From positions 16,049 to 80,048 of the forward strand of contig JBQLZJ010000009.1 in assembly GCA_052168215.1 (NCBI GenBank): a stretch of DNA of 64,000 nucleotides, in the 5' to 3' direction. The notes below the pieces were generated by a model, which did no database searches, was not told the DNA's origin, and saw nothing but the letters and a program-made list of their open reading frames with translations. The stretch comes from Phycisphaerales bacterium. GTDB taxonomy: Bacteria; Planctomycetota; Phycisphaerae; Phycisphaerales; UBA1924. Shown here piece by piece: positions 20,301-29,066 of the stretch. The stretch's first letter is position 1. Every line of letters begins with the position of its first letter. A program made the position numbers and the translations under genes.

Positions 20301-23300
20301 CGACCTGGGCATCTTCGACTCGATCAACGGTGTGAACCTGGTGCTCGGGCAGGACAGCGACATCCGCTTTGTGGACACACCGCGCATCGACCTGCTCGAA
20401 GGGCAGAACAGCGCGCTGCCGCTCATCATTGGTCAGCCCTTGGAGCTGGTCGATGACGCCGGCGGGCGGGTGGAGATCGTGGTCTCGCAGGACGGCATCA
20501 TCGGCCAGGTCGTCGCGGGCCGCGTGATCGTCGTCCCGGTCGACGACGGCGAGGGCGTGGCGATCGCGCGGATCGAGATCGACCTGACCGGCACCGGCAC
20601 GATCGCCGGCGGTCGGACGCTGACGATCCGCGGCCTGGCGGGGCAGGATGTCAACGATGTCATCTCGATCGGACGCATCCTCGTGACCGCGTCGGACGCG
20701 AACTCGCGCATCCAGATCACCGGCAACGCGCAGATCGATGTCTGGCGCATCGATGCGCCGGAGGGCCTCGACCGAATCGAGAACTTCACGCCGCGCGGCG
20801 ACATCGTCGCGATCGACACCCTGAGCCTCGACACGCTGCGCATCACCGGCGGCGATCTCGGCCGGACGCAGGTGCCGGAGTACGGCCCGCGGCTGATCGG
20901 CCCGGTGCTCGGTCTGACGCCGGGCCTCAACGGCACGGTCGGCGGAGCGCTCGGGTTCACGCAGGGCGAGATCACCGATCAGGACTGGAACGGCCAGATC
21001 TACCGGCCGACCACGGACACGAGCTTCGCCGCCGGCAACGCGTACCTCGACGACATCGGCTCGCCGTTCGACGATGCGCTCAACGGCCTGGCGGTGCGGA
21101 CGGGCAGCGTGACCCTCGTGGAGTCGAACCGCTCGATCGGCGATGTGATCCTGCAGGACGCCGCCGGCGACCTGACCACGGTCCGCGCCAACGCGGATCG
21201 CATCACGCCGAACGGTGAGTTCGAGGGGATCATCGGCTCGATCTTCGCGGGCCAGGACATCGATCTGGTGGACATCGGCGACGGCATCATCAGGACCGAG
21301 ACGGGCACGAACACGCCCTTCGCCGAGACGGGCATCTACGCCGAGCGGTTCATCCGCCGTGTGCAGTCGACGATCGACGGCGCGTTCATCAGCTCCAACA
21401 TCATCGCGGCGTTCCGCGACGCCGGCACCGGCGTTGTCAGCCCGTTCGGCACCGAGGGCATCGACTCGATCAGCCTCACCGGGGGTGACATCCGCGACGC
21501 GTTCATCGGCTCGACCGATCTCGACCAGTTCTACCGGAGCCGGGACTACGGCAACGAGGGCCGGTTCCGCGGCGATCTCCGGCAGATCACGCTCACCAAC
21601 GGCGACCTGTTCGGCTCGGTCGTGACCTTCCGCGATGTCGAAACGATCACCATCACCAACGGCTTCTTCGACGCGACCGACCTGAGCGTGCTCGGCGAGC
21701 TCAGCGGTTCGATCACCGCCGACGGCTTCCGCAACACCACGCTGGAGGGCGACACGCTCGAGTTCCGTCTGAGCCGCATCGCCGTCGGCGAGGATCTGGA
21801 GCAGCTGACCGCGCGGCAGGGCGGGACGATCTCGGATACGACGATCTCCGTGCTCGGCGACATCGAGAACGGGCTGACCGCCGGCAACCTCGTTCGGACG
21901 AACCTGCAGGTCGCCAACACGATCCGCTCGCTCATCGTGTCCGACAGCATCCTGGCGAGCTCCATCACCGCGGGTCAGCTCGTCGCGGTGACGGTCACGG
22001 ACACCGTGCAGCTCAGCTCCTTCTCGATCGCGGGCCCGATCGTCAACTTCCGTGTGCAGAACGAGATCGTGCGGTCGCAGATCTCGGTGACCGGCCCCGA
22101 CGGCCGGATCGATCGCCTGTCGGCCGCCAACGATCTGGACGCGGACATCTCGTCCTCCGGCCGGATCGGCACGATCGAGTCGCAGAACGGCTCGATCGCG
22201 GGCTCGATCGTCACGACGACCGATCGCGGCGACATCAACATGATCAGCGCCGCGGTCGACCTGGCCGCCAGCACCGACATCGGCGGCGACCTGAACATGC
22301 TCGAGGTCGGGCGGAACATCGGCAGCGCCGACGCGCCGAGCGTCGTGCTCGTCCGCGGCGATGTGACCGAGCTCGATGTCTCGGGTGGGCGGATCATCTC
22401 CGACCTGCGAGTCGGCGGCCGGGTGACGCAGGGCATCACCGTCGGCGGCGTGACGAACCTGCCCACCAACGCCAAGGCCGCCGACGGCGACATCACCGTC
22501 TTCGGCCGCATCGCCGAGGTCTCGATCACCGGCGACTACGACGGCCTGATCACCAGCGAGTCCGGCGGCATCGGCACCGTCACGATCCTCAACGGCTCGC
22601 TCCTCGCCGGCGGCGGCGTGATCGCCAACGACGGTGGCATCGGCACGGTCTCCATCATCGCCGGCCATCTCCTCGGCAACATCTACGCCGACCAGACCAT
22701 CAACCTGATCTCCGTGCAGTCCTCTGCGGACGGGTCGTTCGGCGACATCGGCATCAACAACCAGCTCTCCTCGGGCACCGCGTCCTCGGACAGCGCCCGC
22801 AACCAGCTGCCGCCGGGCGTCGTCGCGACCGGGGGCAACGACGGCCCCGTCATCGCGTCCGGCCGGGCGATCAACAGCATCATCGTCTCGGGTGGCGACA
22901 TCATCGAGGCGCTGATCTACGCCCGCACCTCGATCGGCACGATCGCCGTCAACGGCTCGATCCGGAACAACCAGAGCTCGTCGACGCAGGATCAGACCAC
23001 GGTCATCGCCGCGGGCGATCTGGTTCGAGAAGTGCTGGTGACAGGCGCGGCCACCGATGTGCTCTTCCTGGCCGGTGTGACGAGCTTCGGCGACGACCCG
23101 ATCTTCACCATCGCCGACCCGCTCTACAACGACCGCGCCGGCGGCACGGGGGCTGACGCGGACACGATCAAGTCCGGGCGGATCCAGACCGTGACCATCG
23201 GCGGGAACGCGACGGATGTCGCCTTCTCCGCCGGCATGACCGCCGGCAACGACGGCGAGTACAACACGGGCGACGCCGGCGAGGGCCATGTCGTCGGCCT

Positions 23301-26300
23301 GAGCATCGTCGATCAGATCACGATCCTGGGCACGCAGACCAATGTCACGGTCAACGCCGACCGGGCCGCCGCGTTCGTCAACGGCACGAATGTCCGCGCC
23401 AGCAACTTCGGCGGGCGTGCCCCGAACGCCGACGGCCTGCTCGCGCCGCTCACCGACGCGTTCGTTGGCGGCTCGATCGACCTGAGCCAGCTCGGCACGC
23501 TGGTGCCGCGCAACGGCTCGCAGGTGTTCACCTGGAACGGGACATCGTTCCGCGTGAACTGGAACGCGCCCGCGCCGACCTCCGCCGCCGAGGCCGCGGG
23601 ACAGGGCGTCGTCTGGGACGCCAGCACGGGCACGCTGATCCTCGCCAACACCCGTATCACGCACGATGTCACGATCACCGTGCTCGACAACGACGCCAAC
23701 GCGGGCACCGCGCTGCCCTCGCTGATCGACTTCAACATCCGGTCCAACGACGAGGCGTCCATCGGCACGCTGCGCATCACGGGCGAGAACGGCACGGCGA
23801 CGGTCGCCGGCAACTCGAGCATCGTGATCGACAACTACGCCAGCACGATCGCGCTGGGCAACTTCAACAGCTCGGGCCGGATCGTCGTCGGGGCCGACAT
23901 CGGCACGCTGACCGCGACGCGCATCGCCGGCGCATCCGTCCAGGCGAACTTCGTCAGGACCACCAACATCACGGGCAGCGTCGTGACGCTCAGCGGCCAG
24001 GCGCCGCGCTTCGATTACAGCGGCGCGGGCTCGTTCACCGTGACGGGCAACGCCACGGCCGAGTTCAATGTCGATCGCTCGATCAACACGCTGCGGGTGA
24101 ACGGGTCGGCGAACGGCCTGCTCTTCCGCGCCGGCGGCTCGCTGACCGCCTTCGAGGCCGGCAGCGTCTCCCGCTCGCGCCTGAGCGTGGCGAACACGAT
24201 CGGCTCGATCGATGTCGTCGGCGATGTCTTCGATACCTCGTTCATCGCGGGCGGCGACCTCGGCACCGACCTGCGCGACGGCGACGGCTCAAGGTCCTCC
24301 GACATCGACCGCGTCACCAGCGGCATCATCAACGAGGTCGACATCGGCGGCAGCTTCGCCGAGTCCGACATCGTCGCGGGCTTCCTCCGCGGGGCCGACG
24401 GGTTCTTCGGCAGCGCCGACGATGCCGCGGCCGCGGGCATCTCCTCGATCGGCACGGTGACGATCGACGGCACGAGAACCGGCTCGAATGTCAACTCCGA
24501 GTCGTACGCGATCCTCGCCGCCGGCACGATCAACGAGGCCACCATCGGCGGTCAGGACGCGGAGTCGCGCGGCAACCTTGTCGTCGGCCCGGTCACCTCG
24601 GTGCCGCTGCCGATCCGCGTTGATGGGTTCCGAGTCCTGCAGGACGCGCGGAGCTACACCGCCTTCTTTACTTTCAACCAGAACATCGACGAGTCCTCCT
24701 TCCTCGATGCGCTCCGCATCCGGGAGGCACGCAACGAGGACGATGCCCAGCAGCCCTGGGACCCGGCCGATCCGCTGAGCCTGCAGGTGCCCACGCCGGG
24801 CGTGCCGGGTTCGGGCGACTACTCGATCACCTACGACGAGGCAACCTTCACCTTCGCCGTCACCATCGATCGCGCGATCACCGATCGCGATCTGGTCGAC
24901 AACGGCGACGGGACCTTCAGCCTGCCCAGCGCGCCGGCGCCGGGCGTGTACCGGTTTGAGCTCTCGTCCGCGGTGCTCCGCGCCCTCAACGCGGGCGCAC
25001 GGCTTGACGGGGACGGGGACGGGTTCTCGATCGTCGGCGACGACTTCTCGGCTGACGCGGTCGTCGGCGACGCCGGCGATGTCGCCGGTCCGCGCCCCAT
25101 CGAGCGCGTGACGGTCATGGGTGACAACGGCGACGCGACCATCAACTTCTACGGTGCGGTCAATCTCGACCTGCTGCTCGATTCCAACCGCACGCCGGAC
25201 GGCCTGCCGGAGACCAACACCGTCGTCCGGATCAACGGCGCCCTGGGCGATCACCCGGACCGCGATCTCAACCTGTTCGGCTTCGGCGGCGACAAGGACC
25301 TGTACGCGGTCACGCTGCAGGCGGGCCAGATCCTCCGCCTCGGCGAGGTGACCGGTCCCGCGAACCAGCTGATCCGCTCCGTGTACTTCCAGCCCGTCGA
25401 CGGGAGCGAGCCGCTGCTCGTCAGCACGGCGTCGGGTGGTTTCGAGTCCACCAACGAGACGGCCCAGGCCGTCGTCCTGCCCAGCTCGACGCCCGAGCTC
25501 ACGGACATCGGCACCGACACCGCGCTGCTCATCAAGCAGACCGGGACCTACTACATCGTCGCCGAGTCCGCCTCGGTCAGCGAAGCGCCGTTCACCCAGG
25601 GCGCGGTGCCGAACCAGGACCCGCAGCCCAACCAGATCGGCAACTACGCCTTCGACATCGAGGTCTTCGACGACGGCAACTCGGGCTTCAACGCCGGCAC
25701 CGACGCGGGCAACGGCACGAACATCGTCTACGCCCCGCCGCCCGCCGCCTTTACGCAGCCCGGCCAGATCATCACCATCGGCGACTTCTCGTTCACGCTC
25801 GAGAACGGCGTGGTGCGGGGTCAGAACAGCGACGGCTCGATCGTGTCGACCCGGAACGGCACACGGCTCGAGAGCGTCATCACCTCCTCGATCGGTTCGC
25901 CCGGGTTGGCCGGGGCGCCGGGCGAGATCCAGGCCGATGTCGACATCTTCCACCTCAACAACTTCCAGCCCGTGCAGGCCGGCTCGCTCGTCACGATCAC
26001 GGTCGGCCTGAGCGACACCGGCGCGGATCTCGGCTCGACGATCCGCGACGAGGCCGACGCCATCGTCACCGGGTTCCAGTCGCTGACGAACCAGTCACGG
26101 AATGTGCAGTTCGCGCTCTTCGAGACCACGAACTCCAGCGACGCCGAGAGCGCCGACCTGGTGTTCAGCCCGACCGACTTCCAGTCGCGGGCCGGCACGC
26201 CCGACACGATTCTCGCCAGCAACGGCGCGACGCGATACGGCTATGACAGCAACGGCGATTTCTTCATCTCGTTCGTTGTTCCTCCCTCGTTCGACGGCGG

Positions 26301-27087
26301 TAACGGCACCTTCGCGGTCTATCTCCAGGGCGCGTTCCGGGCCGACTACGAGCTGCGCGTTGTCACCCAGGGCACCGCGAGCTACACCCCCCGCACGCAG
26401 AATGTCCTCATCGAGGCCAACGGCGGGACCATCGACTGGCTCGGTATCCAGGACGAGGTATCGTTCGGCGGCTTCGACGCCGGCACGCTGGGCTTTGCGG
26501 GCCTGGTCAGCAATGTCAGCGTCGAGAGCTTCATCCTCGCCGAGGTCACGCAGCGGCTGAACGGCTTCTTCGACGCCATCGGGCTGGATGTGAACTTCTC
26601 CACCAACCCGGCCGAGTTCGAGTTCGAGCCCTTCTCAACGGTCTTCCTCACCAGCGACGCCAACCCGGTCGGCCTGCTGACGCTGTCGGACTACGGCGTC
26701 AGCGAGCGGTCCGACCCGTTCAACACCGATCTCGAGGACGAGGCCGTCGTCTTCGCCCCGGCGTACGCCACGCTCGGCTTCTCGCCCAGCCCGACGGACC
26801 TGGAGAACTTCATCGACTCCATCGCCGCGGGCATCGGCCGCCGCGTCGGCGAGCTCGTCGGCCTCCGGCTCACCGTGTCGAACCCGCTCGCTGATGTCGG
26901 CGGCAACATCGATATCCAGAGCGAGGAGTCGATCGCCTTCCCGAGGCTGGACCCGCAGTCCAGCTATGTCTTCTCGCCCGACAGCCGCGAGCTGGTCGGC
27001 TTCGACAACTTCATCGACGACACCGCCTTCTTCCTGGGCGACCAGCGGGCCGTCTCGCTGCTCGACACCATCCTGGCCGACGACTGA
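17335..27087 (+). CDS. Giant (3,250 aa) acidic LEPR-XLL-motif extracellular-type protein with PPC-like modules and a beta-helix-like repeat tract
   Basis: ATG at codon 113 of track ORF 16999..27087; the upstream part is R/G-rich non-coding-like. LEPRKLL lies at aa 50-56 (nt 17482-17502). Ca-binding-like loops: RGDFDDDGVPDFNDG and ARLDGDGDGF. PPC-like modules: DASDVYAFAVDG...PGVYYLVLHN and GDKDLYAVTLQAG...TGTYYIVAES. Degenerate approximately 20-residue G/I/V/D/T-rich turns run over about nt 21900-24600. Confidence 0.85.
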   Translation: MSRSSDARRRYVRSADSIVRRAKQSGLTADGLTSAAGHAGGIERARVEQLEPRKLLFSVTVDDSFIDPVTGLGLAEGFFGYFIPLLQTSEDVTIEPDELVTEDFNDEDLGAVFSGDVFDQSDVLFLRGGAVTSRIVQPVPDVDEQRLDLRITNPGSFFSFATLSDSENANGPRNVNTAVTFSVGSGGNAFRLLNGQIEVELLFEGQVVDTFDQADLTAIGQNVGAETNYTLFSRNQGVFGGVFDEVRFVQRAPTGGNPEQAGDFFIDDLNFLQPAGNFADVIGPRAFGVSFSILAPVGATVQFLDIYGRDMIQTIRVGGSAGNTNVVRGDFDDDGVPDFNDGIGRIIMTGFDSTSSFKLTGGTIEFFDGPAPDGADFTEGGDAAFFYAETLSLYDDFEEAGFGFFISGEDSTVSGLPDDGPGTVIIGSQFVRPLNDYDPLEAASLDFDFSRDDQGIFLNDGSSIGQVTTNAILFGSSNFNGSVGQFSSGYFLGSLAVAGDLGGFYAGTDAGAYQIDPDAVDDDDVIVDFPLTNSQVVVGRTLGDFAVAGRSFVDITVEGDLSSLDVEPDDVLVYDERELVFGISLDADPAAVITAQAEYLNGGFQVLPQIFTSSAIGTIPGTIVNATAFGDTYYRNDSILNAEFVGGAASAVVVRGSLGGQDPINTGQDASDVYAFAVDGSTEVVIETLSFTGVGFRVVDVDGRTVAATSGDFDTAFGQVVRFNPDTPGVYYLVLHNPTGQDVDEEIDAVYSVLISGMAPTTLGSYRTGLGGGSTQDTRDNAPDGFQERASITVLSGSVGSVRIGTGYVSGAGTEESTVDFINVFGEEDDEQLNANGLSLSTPGSLYSFVSGGDINSADGRASAPVSLSIGRDLGTFHTGRSPIAGIGDAGLVRLDVGGRIGLIDINGSIAADTENADGFLNRFPGDTFIVRTGLDPDLDGDIGLIIVGQQVTGDALTIDTSASPGAVVGGLLISQRTEDFGRGGDFGDDLGIFDSINGVNLVLGQDSDIRFVDTPRIDLLEGQNSALPLIIGQPLELVDDAGGRVEIVVSQDGIIGQVVAGRVIVVPVDDGEGVAIARIEIDLTGTGTIAGGRTLTIRGLAGQDVNDVISIGRILVTASDANSRIQITGNAQIDVWRIDAPEGLDRIENFTPRGDIVAIDTLSLDTLRITGGDLGRTQVPEYGPRLIGPVLGLTPGLNGTVGGALGFTQGEITDQDWNGQIYRPTTDTSFAAGNAYLDDIGSPFDDALNGLAVRTGSVTLVESNRSIGDVILQDAAGDLTTVRANADRITPNGEFEGIIGSIFAGQDIDLVDIGDGIIRTETGTNTPFAETGIYAERFIRRVQSTIDGAFISSNIIAAFRDAGTGVVSPFGTEGIDSISLTGGDIRDAFIGSTDLDQFYRSRDYGNEGRFRGDLRQITLTNGDLFGSVVTFRDVETITITNGFFDATDLSVLGELSGSITADGFRNTTLEGDTLEFRLSRIAVGEDLEQLTARQGGTISDTTISVLGDIENGLTAGNLVRTNLQVANTIRSLIVSDSILASSITAGQLVAVTVTDTVQLSSFSIAGPIVNFRVQNEIVRSQISVTGPDGRIDRLSAANDLDADISSSGRIGTIESQNGSIAGSIVTTTDRGDINMISAAVDLAASTDIGGDLNMLEVGRNIGSADAPSVVLVRGDVTELDVSGGRIISDLRVGGRVTQGITVGGVTNLPTNAKAADGDITVFGRIAEVSITGDYDGLITSESGGIGTVTILNGSLLAGGGVIANDGGIGTVSIIAGHLLGNIYADQTINLISVQSSADGSFGDIGINNQLSSGTASSDSARNQLPPGVVATGGNDGPVIASGRAINSIIVSGGDIIEALIYARTSIGTIAVNGSIRNNQSSSTQDQTTVIAAGDLVREVLVTGAATDVLFLAGVTSFGDDPIFTIADPLYNDRAGGTGADADTIKSGRIQTVTIGGNATDVAFSAGMTAGNDGEYNTGDAGEGHVVGLSIVDQITILGTQTNVTVNADRAAAFVNGTNVRASNFGGRAPNADGLLAPLTDAFVGGSIDLSQLGTLVPRNGSQVFTWNGTSFRVNWNAPAPTSAAEAAGQGVVWDASTGTLILANTRITHDVTITVLDNDANAGTALPSLIDFNIRSNDEASIGTLRITGENGTATVAGNSSIVIDNYASTIALGNFNSSGRIVVGADIGTLTATRIAGASVQANFVRTTNITGSVVTLSGQAPRFDYSGAGSFTVTGNATAEFNVDRSINTLRVNGSANGLLFRAGGSLTAFEAGSVSRSRLSVANTIGSIDVVGDVFDTSFIAGGDLGTDLRDGDGSRSSDIDRVTSGIINEVDIGGSFAESDIVAGFLRGADGFFGSADDAAAAGISSIGTVTIDGTRTGSNVNSESYAILAAGTINEATIGGQDAESRGNLVVGPVTSVPLPIRVDGFRVLQDARSYTAFFTFNQNIDESSFLDALRIREARNEDDAQQPWDPADPLSLQVPTPGVPGSGDYSITYDEATFTFAVTIDRAITDRDLVDNGDGTFSLPSAPAPGVYRFELSSAVLRALNAGARLDGDGDGFSIVGDDFSADAVVGDAGDVAGPRPIERVTVMGDNGDATINFYGAVNLDLLLDSNRTPDGLPETNTVVRINGALGDHPDRDLNLFGFGGDKDLYAVTLQAGQILRLGEVTGPANQLIRSVYFQPVDGSEPLLVSTASGGFESTNETAQAVVLPSSTPELTDIGTDTALLIKQTGTYYIVAESASVSEAPFTQGAVPNQDPQPNQIGNYAFDIEVFDDGNSGFNAGTDAGNGTNIVYAPPPAAFTQPGQIITIGDFSFTLENGVVRGQNSDGSIVSTRNGTRLESVITSSIGSPGLAGAPGEIQADVDIFHLNNFQPVQAGSLVTITVGLSDTGADLGSTIRDEADAIVTGFQSLTNQSRNVQFALFETTNSSDAESADLVFSPTDFQSRAGTPDTILASNGATRYGYDSNGDFFISFVVPPSFDGGNGTFAVYLQGAFRADYELRVVTQGTASYTPRTQNVLIEANGGTIDWLGIQDEVSFGGFDAGTLGFAGLVSNVSVESFILAEVTQRLNGFFDAIGLDVNFSTNPAEFEFEPFSTVFLTSDANPVGLLTLSDYGVSERSDPFNTDLEDEAVVFAPAYATLGFSPSPTDLENFIDSIAAGIGRRVGELVGLRLTVSNPLADVGGNIDIQSEESIAFPRLDPQSSYVFSPDSRELVGFDNFIDDTAFFLGDQRAVSLLDTILADD

Positions 27088-27121
27088 TCCTCGGCCGCAA
27101 GCCCACCCTCCCGACCACCGA

Positions 27122-27158
27122 CGCCCCCGGGGACCCTCGCCCGGGGGCGTTTCGTGTT
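27122..27158 (+). terminator. Rho-independent-type terminator after the giant gene
   Basis: cgcccccggg-gaccctcg-cccgggggcg forms a perfect 10-bp G/C stem with an 8-nt loop, followed by tttcgtgtt. It lies 35 nt after the TGA at 27085-27087. Confidence 0.7.
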
Positions 27159-27308
27159 CCAAGCGCCGCGGCCGCCGGACGCCGGCCGCTCCAACAAGAT
27201 GGCGCTGCCCTCTGGACAACGACCCATCGCGGCATCACAATGCAGGACCCGGGCCCGTTCCGTCGGCTCGGCGTGTGATCCGTCGCCATCCTCCGAAGGG
27301 CACCTCGA

Positions 27309-28808
27309 GTGCGCACGCAGAGCGATACAACCACTCCCCGTCCTCTCCATCACACCCGGCCCAGGCCGATCACCAAGGGACGGTTCACCGCCGCCCTGAT
27401 CGCGATCACGCTCCTCGCGGCGGGGCTGCGCCTGTACGAGCTCGGATCGCCCGGCTTGTGGAACGACGAGCTCTACACCGTCCGCTCGGCGCTCGATCTG
27501 GCGAACACGCGCCCCGACAAGACGCTCGGCTATGTCCCGACATGGCTCATGCTCCAGGCGATCGGCGCGGGGGATCTGAACCCGCACGACTCCTCGAACT
27601 GGCAGGAATCGGGTCTGACACCGTTCATGATCCGGCTGCCCACGGCGATCGTCGGCATCCTCACGATCCCGGCGGTCATGCTGCTCGGCCGCGCCGCGAT
27701 CTCGCCGCGGTTCGGCATCGCGCTCGCGTTCATGTTCGCGGTCTGCCCGTGGCACATCTACTGGTCGCAGGGCGCTCGGTTCTATACCCCGCAGATGCTC
27801 TTTATGTCCGTGAGCATGCTGGCGTACTGGGCCGGGATCCGGCACCGCTCGACCCGGTGGCAGATCGTTGCGGCCGCATCCTTCGGTCTCGGCGTGCTGT
27901 CCCAACCGAACGCGGTCATCCTGGCCGTGGTGCCCGTCGTCGATCTCGCGTGGACGCTCCTTCGCCGCAAGCCGCTCCGGATCGGCCTCGCGGGCATGGC
28001 GGCGTGGGCGGTCGCGGGCATCGTCACGGCAAGCATCCTCGCCTTCGGGGTCTATTCCGGCTGGGACGACTACCAGCAGTTCCTCGGCGCACAGAAGCCA
28101 TCGGGCATCGCGGGGGCGTTCTCGCTACCGCTTGGCGTGGCGTTCATGCTCACACCCGTGGTCGCGCTCGCGGTGGTGCTCGGGTGGTTCGAGCTGTACC
28201 GGCATGCGCCACGCGCCGCCGTCTTCTTCGGCGTCGCGGCGGCGGCGCCCGTGGTCGGCTACAGCCTCTGGGCGCTCGGGAACAATGTCGGCCTGCGCTA
28301 CCTTGTCGTGTCGATCCTGGGGCTGCTGGCGCTCGGTGCCTATCTTCTGATGCGCATGACCTTCGTGCTCGCCCGCCGACGCGGCGCGCTCTACGCCCCC
28401 ATTCCCGCGATCGTCGTCCTTGCGTCCGTCAGCTCCCTGCTCGCCAGCTACTTCACGACGGGCTACGGCTTCCGCCCCCGCTGGGCGGAGGTGTACGAGG
28501 AGCTCGATCGGCTCAAGCAGCCGGGCGACCGCATCGTCGATCGTCACCCGATCGTTGCGTCGTACTACCTCCGCCGCCCGGTGGACCTGTTCCCGCCGAA
28601 CGCCCAGGCCTTCGACGAGACCAACCAGCCCGTCATCTTCGCCATGGAGACCGATCTGCCCGTCGGCTGGATGCTCCGCCGAGGCGAGCTGCTTGCCACC
28701 CGGGACATCCGGGCACTCCGGCCGCTCGCCGAGGTGCATGTCCTCCGGCTCGCCCCGGCCACGCCCGCGCGGTCGGTCGCGGACCAGACCGTCGCTCCCG
28801 AGGGCTGA
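27309..28808 (+). CDS. GT-C fold glycosyltransferase, ArnT/PMT-like (family 39/83 type), polytopic membrane protein
   Basis: N-terminus FTAALIAITLLAAGLRLYELGSPGLWNDELYTVRSAL, which is the LRLY-LG...LW-DE first-loop acidic motif typical of ArnT/PMT-like enzymes. Many TM helices follow, then a soluble C-terminal part. Confidence 0.7.
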   Translation: MRTQSDTTTPRPLHHTRPRPITKGRFTAALIAITLLAAGLRLYELGSPGLWNDELYTVRSALDLANTRPDKTLGYVPTWLMLQAIGAGDLNPHDSSNWQESGLTPFMIRLPTAIVGILTIPAVMLLGRAAISPRFGIALAFMFAVCPWHIYWSQGARFYTPQMLFMSVSMLAYWAGIRHRSTRWQIVAAASFGLGVLSQPNAVILAVVPVVDLAWTLLRRKPLRIGLAGMAAWAVAGIVTASILAFGVYSGWDDYQQFLGAQKPSGIAGAFSLPLGVAFMLTPVVALAVVLGWFELYRHAPRAAVFFGVAAAAPVVGYSLWALGNNVGLRYLVVSILGLLALGAYLLMRMTFVLARRRGALYAPIPAIVVLASVSSLLASYFTTGYGFRPRWAEVYEELDRLKQPGDRIVDRHPIVASYYLRRPVDLFPPNAQAFDETNQPVIFAMETDLPVGWMLRRGELLATRDIRALRPLAEVHVLRLAPATPARSVADQTVAPEG

Positions 28809-29066
28809 CGCGGGCCCGCTGCGATCCCGTCTCGGCAGACTTCTCGGGCGTGCTCACCGCGGTCAGCCTTCCCGGAAGAGGGTGCGACCCGCGTCGCCCT
28901 GACGCCCCGTCGCACGCCCGGATCGCCGTCCGGCTCAGGAGCGGCTCGGGCTAACCGCGGGGGGACCCTGCCCAATCCTCCCAAACGACACGGCCGGCAC
29001 AACCAACGGGCGACGCTCCGAGAGAACCCTGTCCGTCGCGCCGATTGGTGGCATGGTGCCCGTGCC

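Noticed and set aside
16747-23664. ORFs 16747..19968 (-, 1073 aa) and 20224..23664 (-, 1146 aa).
   Set aside because: They are antisense to the giant gene. The mirror-image composition (R/V/A/D/G-rich) is expected from a D/G/T/V-rich sense strand, and there are no motifs.
17335-27087. An active zinc protease, RTX nonapeptide array or DNA-level tandem repeats in the giant gene.
   Set aside because: No HExxH, no GGxGxDxUx runs, and no long exact DNA repeats were seen by eye.
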